Positions 1 through 9,132 of a DNA stretch of 64,000 bases are shown piece after piece; the first letter of the stretch is position 1, and each line of letters starts with the position of its first letter. Below the pieces are notes generated by a model. The model did no database searches. It saw only the letters and a list, made by a program, of their open reading frames with translations, and was not told the origin of the DNA. The DNA comes from Meiothermus sp. (lineage in GTDB: Bacteria > Deinococcota > Deinococci > Deinococcales > Thermaceae): the NCBI GenBank assembly GCA_033762915.1, contig JANRLD010000039.1, forward strand, positions 1 through 64,000, read 5' to 3'. A program made the position numbers and the translations under genes.

Positions 1-2
1 CG

Positions 3-404
3 AAAATTGTTGGAACCCTCGAAACCGGTCTTGCTGTATACCCGGTCAAATTTATAAAACACCCAGACCCAAAACCTGGAGTTTTGTGGGAGTACGAATA
101 CACCGGAGAAGAATACGAAGTGGATGTTGACAGCTTCATCCCTGTCGAACAGGGCGGTCACGCAGTGTTCGTTTGCGAAGCCGGTTGCTGGTGGAAAGCA
201 GCAGACCTTCTAACCGAACCTCCCGAACAACCCAGCTATACTTCTGCCCTCACATTCCTGGACAGGGATGAAGCCCTAGTCTCGCTGGTACTTGCCGTAC
301 TCAAGGACAACCAGGTTAAGCCAGACGAAGACACCCCACTCGAGAAGCTGCGTGCGTTCGTTGCGCAGGTTTATCCCGGCCATTATTGGGCGGCTGGGCT
401 ATAG
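3..404 (+). CDS. Phage hypothetical protein (5' partial)
   Basis: Frame open from the window edge to TAG at 402-404. Confidence 0.6.
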   Translation, partial: KIVGTLETGLAVYPVKFIKHPDPKPGVLWEYEYTGEEYEVDVDSFIPVEQGGHAVFVCEAGCWWKAADLLTEPPEQPSYTSALTFLDRDEALVSLVLAVLKDNQVKPDEDTPLEKLRAFVAQVYPGHYWAAGL

Positions 405-411
405 GAGAACA

Positions 412-1572
412 ATGACACCGTTCGAGAAGAAACTCAAGCTGGCACGCATGAACATGGCCTCCTTCATGCCCTTCTTTGCCTACCTCGCTTTCCACACGGA
501 AGTGTATGCGTCTGAGGCTGGCGAGACGGCCTGGACCGATGGCCGTCACGTGTGGTTCAACCCCAAATTCGCCGAAGGGTTGTCTTACGGCGAGTTCACC
601 TTCGTGTATGCCCACGAATTGCTGCACAAGGCCCTATTGCACGTACCCAGGGTCGGCAGTCGCCACCCCACCCTGTGGAACATCGCCACTGACTACTACA
701 TCAACCTGGAACTGAACGATGTAGCCAAAAACATCGGCGGAAACCGGCAACTGCCGGTCATGGAGATGCCGCAACAGGTACTGTGCGACGAGAAGTACCG
801 TGGCTACACCGCAGACCAGATATACGAGATGCTGCGGCAAGAATTCGACAAAGACGGCGACATCGGCGTCTGCATCCACATGGATGACCTGAAGCCTGGG
901 GGTACCCCAATGACCAGCGGTGAACAGGCCGAAGTTGCCCGTCAGCTGGCTGGCGCTGCCCAGGCTGCCAAGATGGCCGGCAAGATGCCTGGAGGCTTGC
1001 AGCGCGCTATCGACGCGCTGCTGCGCCCCACGAGAAACTGGCGCAACGAACTCGAGTCACTGGTCTCCAGCTTCCCCACCGACTACGGCTACAGCCCGCC
1101 CGACCGCCGCTTCCTCGACGAAGACTTCTACCTCCCCGCCATGCAGGGTGAGAAGGTCACGCTGTGGGTGGCTGTAGACACTTCTGGCAGTATCGGTCAA
1201 GCCGAACTGACCCGCTTCATGTCCGAGACCATGGGCATCGTTCAAGGCTTCGAACACGTCGAGTTGAAGATAGTTGTCTGCGATGCCGACATTCAGGAAG
1301 TCCACGACTTCCAGACCGGTGACGACGTGAACGCCTTCGTCAACAGTGTCAAGTTCAAAGGTGGAGGTGGCACTGATTTCATCCCGGTGTTCAACTTGGC
1401 CTTGCAAGAGGATACCAAGCCCAACGCGCTGGTCTTCTTCACGGACGGCTTCGGGTCCTTTCCTGAAACCGAACCAGAGTTTCCCACCCTGTGGTGCATC
1501 ATCAATGGCATGGGGTCTTTGGAACCGGAGAAGTTCCCGTTCGGGCGTGTAGTGGAGGTGGACTATAACTAA
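412..1572 (+). CDS. Putative metallopeptidase + vWA domain protein (DUF2201-like)
   Basis: AGGAG RBS before ATG 412; HELLH (HExxH), MIDAS DTSGS, GGGTDF and FTDG motifs. Confidence 0.85.
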   Translation: MTPFEKKLKLARMNMASFMPFFAYLAFHTEVYASEAGETAWTDGRHVWFNPKFAEGLSYGEFTFVYAHELLHKALLHVPRVGSRHPTLWNIATDYYINLELNDVAKNIGGNRQLPVMEMPQQVLCDEKYRGYTADQIYEMLRQEFDKDGDIGVCIHMDDLKPGGTPMTSGEQAEVARQLAGAAQAAKMAGKMPGGLQRAIDALLRPTRNWRNELESLVSSFPTDYGYSPPDRRFLDEDFYLPAMQGEKVTLWVAVDTSGSIGQAELTRFMSETMGIVQGFEHVELKIVVCDADIQEVHDFQTGDDVNAFVNSVKFKGGGGTDFIPVFNLALQEDTKPNALVFFTDGFGSFPETEPEFPTLWCIINGMGSLEPEKFPFGRVVEVDYN

Positions 1573-1576
1573 ATTC

Positions 1577-2053
1577 GTGCAGCTGCAAAAACGGATTAGG
1601 CGGTACAAGGAAGACGACCTCGTGACATTCACGTACCGAGACTTCGCCAACCGAGAGGGCATTTCTCCTGCAACCCTCAAAATACTCCGACAGGAGTTAA
1701 TCCCGGCCGTAACCAAATTTGCCGCCCAGTGCGGTCTTTCTTCCTTCATGCACAGCAGAGTGGAAGGAAACCACAAGATGTACAGGCTTGGCATGTCCAT
1801 TTCTCTTCCTAAGAACAGAGACCCGCTAGAAGTCAATTCCACGTATTTCGCGGAAGTGTTTGGCGCATGGTTCGGTCCTGCAACGGCTACCCCCAGATAC
1901 AATGAGGTGGCCCAAGCCGTCTTTCGCATCCCAGCGCTGCACCCTGATGGGGTGCAGCAGCTGCGCGACTTTGTAAAAGACTTCAGACGAATCGTACTGG
2001 GAGAGAATGACGATGAGTCGTCAGTTGGAAAAGCTGTTCGTCGCGCTTCCTAA
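1577..2053 (+). CDS. Phage hypothetical protein
   Basis: 158-aa ORF packed in the operon. Confidence 0.6.
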   Translation: MQLQKRIRRYKEDDLVTFTYRDFANREGISPATLKILRQELIPAVTKFAAQCGLSSFMHSRVEGNHKMYRLGMSISLPKNRDPLEVNSTYFAEVFGAWFGPATATPRYNEVAQAVFRIPALHPDGVQQLRDFVKDFRRIVLGENDDESSVGKAVRRAS

Positions 2054-2495
2054 GCCCGACTGGTACACCCCCAAAGTCCGCATTCTTCATACGGACCGGA
2101 ACTTCTCTGAACGCATGATGGTTTGGAAAAGCCTGAAGCACTACGTGGAAGAACTGGAAAGAGAAATGCGTCCGAGGTACGACCCTCTCTACATATGCAT
2201 GGATGTCAATTGTGATTCATACGGTCGCTGGTCAATACACCTGTCGTTCGGTAGTGGGTATTACTGGCAGTACATGAACCCAGTTTCTCGCATGGAACTG
2301 GCTATGTTCCTTGCCAAGTATGTCAATGAAGACGCTTCTAGACGCGCACTTGCGTGCGACCGTCAATTTACCGATGTGCGCATCCCCTTGAAGTTGTCCA
2401 AGAGAGGCTTCAACAAGGTGGTTAAAGGCACGAAGTGGGAGGCCAAATGGCCATCTTGTTGGACGACTGGAACGACAAGTTCATGGAAGCAATGA
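2007..2495 (+). CDS. Phage hypothetical protein
   Basis: GGAGAG RBS, 162-aa ORF. Confidence 0.6.
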   Translation: MTMSRQLEKLFVALPKPDWYTPKVRILHTDRNFSERMMVWKSLKHYVEELEREMRPRYDPLYICMDVNCDSYGRWSIHLSFGSGYYWQYMNPVSRMELAMFLAKYVNEDASRRALACDRQFTDVRIPLKLSKRGFNKVVKGTKWEAKWPSCWTTGTTSSWKQ

Positions 2496-2575
2496 CAACT
2501 CTGCTGGGGGAAGAAGTGGACTTCTCGCTGGTGCCACTTCGCCACACCAACAAAAGCCTTGGTCAGAAAACCTAG
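2447..2575 (+). CDS. Small phage protein, 42 aa (MAILLDDWNDKF...)
   Basis: GGGAGG RBS before ATG 2447, TAG at 2573-2575; not in the ORF track. Confidence 0.45.
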   Translation: MAILLDDWNDKFMEAMTTLLGEEVDFSLVPLRHTNKSLGQKT

Positions 2576-2580
2576 GCTTT

Positions 2581-2591
2581 TGTGGTATAAT
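2581..2591 (+). promoter_or_regulatory. Extended -10 promoter TGTGGTATAAT upstream of the replication module
   Basis: Perfect TRTGnTATAAT in an intergenic region. Confidence 0.65.
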
Positions 2592-2706
2592 AAGGAAGAC
2601 TCCCCAACAACTCGCTGACTTGGCCGCCTGTGTCTAATCACAGGCGGCTTTCTATAGGCAATCTGAAGACTGGCCTGATGGTTAGTCTTCATTGCAAGGA
2701 GACTGC

Positions 2707-3621
2707 ATGAACGACCAACAACCCGTACCTTCCAACACCCGCATTTGGGAACAGGTGGAGACGACTCCTCCCAGCATGACCAAGAACTTCACCCGTGGAG
2801 GTGGGTTCAGTGGCACGGCCATCAATGCTACTTCCAACTACGAACGGGCCACCAAGCTGTTCGGTCCGGTCGGCATTGGCTGGGGCTTCGACATCATCGA
2901 AGACCGGTATGTAGAGGCACAAGACCTGTTCCTGAAGACCGACAAGGGCCTGCTGCTGGACTCCAGCGGCCGTCCTATTGCCATCGCCAAGCACACCGTC
3001 CACGTCATCAGCATCGAGTTCTGGTACTACGACCCCACCACCAATCGTCGTGGTAGCGTTCCTGCTTTCGGTCAGACCACCTACATCGAACAGCGGAAGA
3101 GTGGCGACATTTTCACCGACGAAGAGGCGCCCAAGAAGTCCTTGACCGATGCCATCAGCAAAGCCCTTTCCATGCTGGGCTTCAGCGCGGACATTCACAA
3201 GGGCCTGTACGACGACAACAAGTACGTGGCCGGTCTGAAGGAGGCCGAAAAGGCTGAGAAAGCCGAGAAGGCTGCCAAGAAGGCGGCACCTGCTGCCGCG
3301 ACTCCCGCTGGCACCCTTGCGGCCGTCGTAGTTCCTGCCTCGGTGGAGACCACTGAAGAGACGGAAGTGGCACCGGAAAGCACGGTCAAGGAAGCGGCCA
3401 CTGAGACTGAAGCGCCCGCTGAGGCCGCGACCGAAGCGACCCCCGAAGTCACCTGGACTGACGTGGTCAATCAGTTCAACAAGCTTCCTGCGGCCCTACA
3501 GTCGGCTAGCACCGCTGCACTCAAGACCATCGCGAACAAGCACGGCTTCCCGACCCTGAAGGGTTCGAACGCCGCTGCCTGGGCCGAGGGCCTCGAGTAT
3601 CTCAAGACTGTCGCCCCCTAA
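2707..3621 (+). CDS. Rad52/Sak-like single-strand annealing protein with Ala/Glu/Thr-rich linker
   Basis: AAGGAG RBS; LFGPVGIGWGF and EEAPKKSLTDAISKALSMLGFSADIH motifs typical of phage Rad52-like SSAPs. Confidence 0.7.
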   Translation: MNDQQPVPSNTRIWEQVETTPPSMTKNFTRGGGFSGTAINATSNYERATKLFGPVGIGWGFDIIEDRYVEAQDLFLKTDKGLLLDSSGRPIAIAKHTVHVISIEFWYYDPTTNRRGSVPAFGQTTYIEQRKSGDIFTDEEAPKKSLTDAISKALSMLGFSADIHKGLYDDNKYVAGLKEAEKAEKAEKAAKKAAPAAATPAGTLAAVVVPASVETTEETEVAPESTVKEAATETEAPAEAATEATPEVTWTDVVNQFNKLPAALQSASTAALKTIANKHGFPTLKGSNAAAWAEGLEYLKTVAP

Positions 3622-3629
3622 CCGTTGCC

Positions 3630-3664
3630 AGATGCGGGGGGTTTAGGCCCCCCGCATCTTTCTT
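3630..3664 (+). terminator. Intrinsic terminator-like hairpin
   Basis: AGATGCGGGGGG/CCCCCCGCATCT stem followed by T-rich tail. Confidence 0.6.
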
Positions 3665-3673
3665 GGAGGTACC

Positions 3674-4864
3674 TTGAATCCACAACTACGTAAATTGGCC
3701 TTGGAGTTCATGGCCTCCGCCGTCACCTTGGGTCCGGAAGGTGAACGGTTACTGTTCATGTTGCCGGATAGGTACGTCGAAGACGAACGTCTCAAGGAGG
3801 TGCTGCACAAGCTGCAGACCAAGCAACCGCTGATGGCTGGCGAGTTGATGCTGCTGCAGGACGCCAAAGCGTCTGCTGGCAACCTGGAACGTCCTGAGAT
3901 GTATCTGGATGCCCTGCTGCTGGGTGGCTTCAGTGACGAGGTTACGAAGTATTCAGCGGAAATTCAGACCCACCTCCGAAGTGGCGACCTGTCCACGGTT
4001 CGAGACCTGCTGTCGAAGCCTCCTCTCGAGATTAACCGAGACGAAGGCAACGATGTCGGCAGCATTCTCGAAGCAAACGACACCGTGACGGACAACACCA
4101 TCCCGCTGGGTTCCAGCCTGGTCGGCTTGGAGACCGTCTGGGGGCCGCTGATGCCCACTGCGGTGTACACCATCGCAGCACCGGAAGGTACGGGGAAGTC
4201 GGCACTGGCAGAACAGATTATGCTGGAGACGGCCTTTCAAGGTATTGGCGTCGTCGACTTCAGCGTGGAGTTGGCCGCTAACGTGCGGGCCATGCGGTAC
4301 ATGCAACACCTTTACGGTGCTGACGTTGGTCCTCGTGCGTTCTACGGACGTAAGCAGCTGGGCAGCACCTACAACGAGACTCTGGCTAACAAGGCCAAAG
4401 CCCAGCTGAAAGGATTGCCGCTGTACATCGAAGAAGGCGTTGAGAACATCCACGCCATTCTCAGTCGGGCACGGCACTACATGAACACCAAGAACTGCAA
4501 GGTGTTCTGTGTGGACTTTGTTCAGGCCCTCTCTGGCGACAAGTCTGGTGAGGACCCGTACACCACCATCACCCAGGCTATGCGCCTGCTGTTCGCGTTT
4601 GCGCGAGACAGCGGCGCTACATTCCTTGTTACCAGCCAGATGAACAAGGAGGGTGTCAAGTCGGCCTATGCCGGTGCGCCTATCACCAACACGGCCCTGG
4701 AGGGCAGCAGCAAGATTGGCCAGTTCAGCTGGGTGGTGTCGTTCATCATTCGCGACCCAACCACTGGTGGCCACATCCTGCACACCACCAAGAACCGTAC
4801 TGGCGGTAGCCTCGGGCAAACGCCCATGACCTACGACGGCCAGCACCTAACCTTCTCGGTGTAG
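3674..4864 (+). CDS. DnaB-like (SF4) replicative helicase
   Basis: GGAGG RBS; Walker A APEGTGKS, FSVE, VDFVQ, SQMNKEG and KNRTG motifs. Confidence 0.85.
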   Translation: MNPQLRKLALEFMASAVTLGPEGERLLFMLPDRYVEDERLKEVLHKLQTKQPLMAGELMLLQDAKASAGNLERPEMYLDALLLGGFSDEVTKYSAEIQTHLRSGDLSTVRDLLSKPPLEINRDEGNDVGSILEANDTVTDNTIPLGSSLVGLETVWGPLMPTAVYTIAAPEGTGKSALAEQIMLETAFQGIGVVDFSVELAANVRAMRYMQHLYGADVGPRAFYGRKQLGSTYNETLANKAKAQLKGLPLYIEEGVENIHAILSRARHYMNTKNCKVFCVDFVQALSGDKSGEDPYTTITQAMRLLFAFARDSGATFLVTSQMNKEGVKSAYAGAPITNTALEGSSKIGQFSWVVSFIIRDPTTGGHILHTTKNRTGGSLGQTPMTYDGQHLTFSV

Positions 4865-4865
4865 C

Positions 4866-5192
4866 ATGACCAGCAAGACTGCAGACACCTTCTGGGCCGA
4901 CATCTACTTGTCCGGCCCTATTGATGTAGCCAAGCAAGTCCTTCGTGAGGACTTGCTGGCTAACCCGCTTTGTGTAACCGTCACTCCCACCACCTTCCTG
5001 TACACGGGAGGGGAGGAAGTGGGTTATGTGGTTGGAGTTAGGAACTATCCACGGTTCCCCGAAGACTCCACAAGTCTCTCTGCCAAGGCACGCCGCTTGG
5101 CGGAACTTCTACTTGACAAGACTTTCCAAACGTCCGCCATGGTGGTCACACCACACAAGACGTACTGGATATCCAAACGCAAGGAAAACTGA
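4866..5192 (+). CDS. Phage hypothetical protein
   Basis: 108-aa ORF abutting the helicase. Confidence 0.7.
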   Translation: MTSKTADTFWADIYLSGPIDVAKQVLREDLLANPLCVTVTPTTFLYTGGEEVGYVVGVRNYPRFPEDSTSLSAKARRLAELLLDKTFQTSAMVVTPHKTYWISKRKEN

Positions 5193-5224
5193 GGTTCATT
5201 TGCGCGGTGTACAGGAACTTACGC

Positions 5225-6151
5225 ATGCAGCAAACACTCCAGAACGTACTCTCCATCGACCGCGCCAAACTTCCAAGCGTTGCTGAACTCGAACATCCTC
5301 TGGTCCTCGAAATTCTCGACCACTGGGAACAACACGGCGCACCCCCCAAAGCCTCCTCCATGGAGGAAGTGTTGCTGCGGGTGGGCGAGTTTATAGCTTT
5401 TCTGAACACCTATGGTGGCCAGGTTCAGATACCCTTTGTTCTGGACCAGAAGCCTCGCTACGACGCCGAGGAGTCGCCTCTGCGCTTCTCGAGTGCTGGC
5501 AAGTGCGGTCGCGCACTTGCATACAAGAAGCTGCACCCTGAACAGGCCGAGAGTCTGACCGTGCGGTCGCTGTCGGTCTTCATGCTGGGTCACGCCATTC
5601 ATGACCTGGAACGGGCGCTAATCCGTCTCGTCGTTCCACTTCGCAATGTCGAAGACACCGTGACGCTGGAACTCAACGGCGAAACCGTTGAGGGCCACAT
5701 GGACGGCATCATCGAGTTGGAAAGCGGTCCTGTCTTGCTGGACGTAAAGACGACCAGCGATGCGAGTTTCGACCGCATGCTGCGCGAAGGACCCAGCTAC
5801 GACTATGCCGCGCAACTCAACCTGTACATGCACGCAGCCGGCTTAGAGGCCGGCTTCCTGTGGCTGTACAACAAGAACACGTCCAGCCGGTTCATTCTTG
5901 AAGTGCCCAAGGACCCCAAACTCATCGAAGAAGTGTTGGCGCGCTGGACCCAGGTTCAGCAAGCCACACCCGACAACCTGCCCGACAGGATGTACACCTT
6001 CCAATCCGAAACGCGCAAAGGCAAGCCGACCGGTCGAGACTACCTTCCCTGGCAGTGTGGATATTGCCAATTCGTTTCAACCTGCTGGTCGCAGGAAGGC
6101 TTTGAGAAGGTCGTCGAAGGAGGCAAAACTCGATGGATACGGGAAGTGTAG
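5225..6151 (+). CDS. Cas4-like PD-(D/E)XK exonuclease
   Basis: SSAGKCGR, GHMDG, DVKT, QLNLY and C-terminal CGYCQFVSTC (1+3 Cys pattern); start uncertain (5207 or 5225). Confidence 0.8.
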   Translation: MQQTLQNVLSIDRAKLPSVAELEHPLVLEILDHWEQHGAPPKASSMEEVLLRVGEFIAFLNTYGGQVQIPFVLDQKPRYDAEESPLRFSSAGKCGRALAYKKLHPEQAESLTVRSLSVFMLGHAIHDLERALIRLVVPLRNVEDTVTLELNGETVEGHMDGIIELESGPVLLDVKTTSDASFDRMLREGPSYDYAAQLNLYMHAAGLEAGFLWLYNKNTSSRFILEVPKDPKLIEEVLARWTQVQQATPDNLPDRMYTFQSETRKGKPTGRDYLPWQCGYCQFVSTCWSQEGFEKVVEGGKTRWIREV

Positions 6152-6432
6152 AGTCCAAACGAACGTCGCCTCAACCCACGTACAAGATTAAGCCCCTGCA
6201 GTGGCGTGAACTGTCCCCAGCGCCTCCGGCCACTCTGCACTCCGTGCTGATATCCGAAACACCCTTTGGCTACACGTACTCCGTTTACCACACAGAGTAT
6301 GGTTGGTTCTGGCGGTGTGACTCCAGCACGAAGGTTCTAGAGTGCCGCTGGATTGACAACGCTGTGGCCGGTGTTGTGGAAGCTGAACAGCACTGGAACA
6401 ACTGGCTACAGCACGCCCTGCAACCTGCCTAA
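6133..6432 (+). CDS. Phage hypothetical protein
   Basis: 99-aa ORF overlapping the previous stop. Confidence 0.6.
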   Translation: MDTGSVESKRTSPQPTYKIKPLQWRELSPAPPATLHSVLISETPFGYTYSVYHTEYGWFWRCDSSTKVLECRWIDNAVAGVVEAEQHWNNWLQHALQPA

Positions 6433-6440
6433 GGAGTCGC

Positions 6441-6539
6441 ATGGAAACCTACGAGAAGTGGCTTCGGTGGCTGCTGGAGTGGCTGCGGCGGCTTAAAGGC
6501 CGCCGCAAGCCTCGAGTTGGCATGCCGCAAGGAGTCTGA
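6441..6539 (+). CDS. Small basic, Trp-rich phage protein, 32 aa
   Basis: AAGGAG RBS; TGATG coupling to the next gene. Confidence 0.5.
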   Translation: METYEKWLRWLLEWLRRLKGRRKPRVGMPQGV

Positions 6540-6724
6540 TGTCTGATTCCCAAGTTACCATCTTCCTGTCCATGCTTTTCTTTGTGCTGATTGTAGCTGC
6601 GTTAGCGCAGGCAGACAGGGCTACGTTGGCCAAGATGGTTCTCATTGCCGTCGTCATTCTTGGACTCCTGCTAATCGGGAGTCTGGTGGCGATGGTGTTG
6701 TCCCTGTCCTTCAGCATGTGCTAA
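6539..6724 (+). CDS. Small two-TM membrane protein
   Basis: AAGGAG RBS; two hydrophobic stretches. Confidence 0.6.
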   Translation: MSDSQVTIFLSMLFFVLIVAALAQADRATLAKMVLIAVVILGLLLIGSLVAMVLSLSFSMC

Positions 6725-6823
6725 ATGGCACCACTTCCAAGGTAGAACCTGGCGCGGCCATAAAGCCGCGCCAGTTCTAATGTTGTACCCCAGCGTGTCG
6801 GGGAAGGCCACGCAAGGAGACTC

Positions 6824-7330
6824 ATGAATAACGTAGTCATCAGCGGTCCTGTTTCGGTTCAGTCCCTGGAGAACGGTTCTGTCAGCGGCACCATCGGCGG
6901 CGTTCCCGTCTACTTGGGCAGCAGCAACGACAAGCGCGAAAGCCTTCTGGCCCTCAACGGTCGGACTGTGGTGGCCCAGGCCATCATCACCGGCAAGGAG
7001 AACAACGGCCGCATCTACCCCAACCTGATGCTGGATGGGTTCGGAGTTGTCGAGGACAGCTTCAAGCCCGGTGACGCCGTGTTCGCTGGCGTGCTGGACA
7101 GCGTGCGCATTATCAAGGAAGGCCTGTACGAGGGCGTTCTCAACACCCGCAAGGGTACCCGCACCTTCCCCGTGCCCTTCACCACCACCACCGACCTCGT
7201 ACCCTTCGAGGGCAAGGAACTGGCCGTCACCGCCAAGGTCAGCGGTCGCGAAAGCAACGGCCGTGTGTGGCTGAACATCCAGGCTACCGCCGTCACTCCG
7301 CAAGAAGTGGCCAACGACCTGGACATCTAA
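6824..7330 (+). CDS. Probable single-stranded DNA-binding protein with two OB-like repeats
   Basis: Internal repeat GKENNGRIYPNL / GRESNGRVWLNI, acidic tail NDLDI, AAGGAG RBS. Confidence 0.6.
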   Translation: MNNVVISGPVSVQSLENGSVSGTIGGVPVYLGSSNDKRESLLALNGRTVVAQAIITGKENNGRIYPNLMLDGFGVVEDSFKPGDAVFAGVLDSVRIIKEGLYEGVLNTRKGTRTFPVPFTTTTDLVPFEGKELAVTAKVSGRESNGRVWLNIQATAVTPQEVANDLDI

Positions 7331-7377
7331 GGAGTGTTGAGAGGTGGGTCGGCATAACCGACCCACCTCTCGCAGCT

Positions 7378-7878
7378 ATGCCTAACCCTCGTGATAAAGG
7401 GAAGCGCGGTGAACGCGAACTTGTAAAACTGCTGCAGGACCAAGGCTACCCTCAAACCCGCAGAGTGTACGGAAGCGGTGCTATCGGCACCATGCTAGCC
7501 AAGAGGGAGGCTGACCTCGGTGACGATGGTCAGCAGCTAAAAGGTGATGTCTACATCCCAGAACTAAAAATAGAAATAGAAGTCAAAAACAGGGCTGACT
7601 ATCCGAAGTGGCTGAACGACCTCGAAGGTTCATTGTGTCTGGCCGATAAAGAAGGCCAGATACTCGTGCGGTCGGGGGCTGACCTCGACAGTTTATTGAA
7701 AGAGGCGAAAGAATGGCAGACATCGAAGTTTCTGACACGACCCCCACACAAGAACCTGGTGTTATCCAACTCCCCCTTTTCGACGGTGTGGTTCCGCAAG
7801 TGGCGGCAGGGGAGTCCAATCCTGGCAATCAAGAGGGCCAGGAAGGGGTGGGTGCTAGTAACGTACCTAGAGAAATAA
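7378..7878 (+). CDS. Holliday junction resolvase-like PD-(D/E)XK nuclease
   Basis: RDKGKRGERE, GD and IEVK motifs. Confidence 0.75.
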   Translation: MPNPRDKGKRGERELVKLLQDQGYPQTRRVYGSGAIGTMLAKREADLGDDGQQLKGDVYIPELKIEIEVKNRADYPKWLNDLEGSLCLADKEGQILVRSGADLDSLLKEAKEWQTSKFLTRPPHKNLVLSNSPFSTVWFRKWRQGSPILAIKRARKGWVLVTYLEK

Positions 7879-8192
7879 CCGCCAACGACTTCGCCAAGGC
7901 CGTCGGCCTACTGTACGACAACCCCATCAAGTGGGACCTCATTCCCGATGGGTTGAAGGAGGTGGTGCAGTTAGGTTTGCCCATCGGCAAACTGGCCCCT
8001 CAGAAGGACATGTCGGCTGTTCAGACGGCCAACGAGGGCATCGCCGTTGGGTTCATGCTGGGGTACATGGCTGGCCTTGCCAGCGGTGACTCTGTTTACC
8101 GCGTTCGCGGCGACCTGCTGACCAAGGTCGGTCACCTGACTGGAAGTGCTGCACTGCACATTCGGACGGTGGCCCAGGATGCTACTAGTTGA
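7848..8192 (+). CDS. Phage hypothetical protein
   Basis: GTG 7848 after a purine-rich RBS; start uncertain. Confidence 0.55.
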   Translation: MGASNVPREITANDFAKAVGLLYDNPIKWDLIPDGLKEVVQLGLPIGKLAPQKDMSAVQTANEGIAVGFMLGYMAGLASGDSVYRVRGDLLTKVGHLTGSAALHIRTVAQDATS

Positions 8193-9132
8193 ACGCGTAT
8201 TTCGCCTGAAGCCTGGGGACATTGACCCGAAGACGGGGGCCGTTTACGACGGCCCCCTCATCAATTCTCGGTATGTCGTGGTGGATGGAAGCCCGAAGCG
8301 GTCACCTGGCATGCACGAGTTCGAGTCAGTGTCCAAGTACCGCGGCGACTTGACCAACCCGGTGCAGTCCGACTTCGTGATTGACCTCGACTATCCAAGT
8401 GCAAACGAACTACGTACCACTTTGGAAGTGGTGTACAGTTACGTCGGTCAGCCTTTGGTCTACGCAAGTGGGGCTAAAGGCGTCCACATCGTAGTGCCTT
8501 GGTCAAGTCTAGGTCTGCCTGAGGGCAACTGGCAGCCCGTCTTTGCCGAGTTCGCCAAAGAACATAAGTTGCCGGCAGACCCGTCAATTTACAAACCTCG
8601 GATGATGCTGCGCATTGCTGGCAGCACTCATGCCACGACGGGCAGGAAAAAGCGCCTGATTAATCCGGACGATGCACTCGACCCGGATGCTGTGGAGGTG
8701 TCTTATAAGGTAGGCGACGCAAGCAAGCTTCGTGACTGGCTACTGGCCCGCCAGCCAGAGTCCATTAAGCAGACTGCTAAAGACTCCGACACCGACACAT
8801 TCAACGCCTTGCGTAGACTGGGCACACCTTCGTGCATCAGCACGCTGTACCTCGACGGAATACCCGCCCAAGGCCAAAGAAACCTGACTAACCACACTCT
8901 GGCAACTTACCTGCGTAGCGTAGGTAAGTCCCTGGATGAGGCCGAAGGGGTCATGGAGGAATTTGCCCAGAACCACGCCGGAAATACCAACGCGAGTCTG
9001 AAGGATAGGGTGCGGAACGCAAAAGACACTGTCAGGACTGTCTATAGGCTTAGCCACCACTTTAGCTGTCGAAGAACAGCGGAAGAACTTCAGATATGCG
9101 ATACGAACTGTCCCCTGGTCAAGTACATCTAA
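8179..9132 (+). CDS. Archaeo-eukaryotic primase (AEP) fused to a PriL-like Cys-rich C-terminal domain
   Basis: FVIDLD, SGAKGVH and DPSIY..MLR motifs; four Cys (PSC, FSC, ICD, NCP). Confidence 0.75.
   Translation: MLLVERVFRLKPGDIDPKTGAVYDGPLINSRYVVVDGSPKRSPGMHEFESVSKYRGDLTNPVQSDFVIDLDYPSANELRTTLEVVYSYVGQPLVYASGAKGVHIVVPWSSLGLPEGNWQPVFAEFAKEHKLPADPSIYKPRMMLRIAGSTHATTGRKKRLINPDDALDPDAVEVSYKVGDASKLRDWLLARQPESIKQTAKDSDTDTFNALRRLGTPSCISTLYLDGIPAQGQRNLTNHTLATYLRSVGKSLDEAEGVMEEFAQNHAGNTNASLKDRVRNAKDTVRTVYRLSHHFSCRRTAEELQICDTNCPLVKYI

Noticed and set aside
5225..6151. Cas4 as sign of a CRISPR-Cas locus
   Set aside because: No cas1/cas2 and no array; context is a phage recombination module
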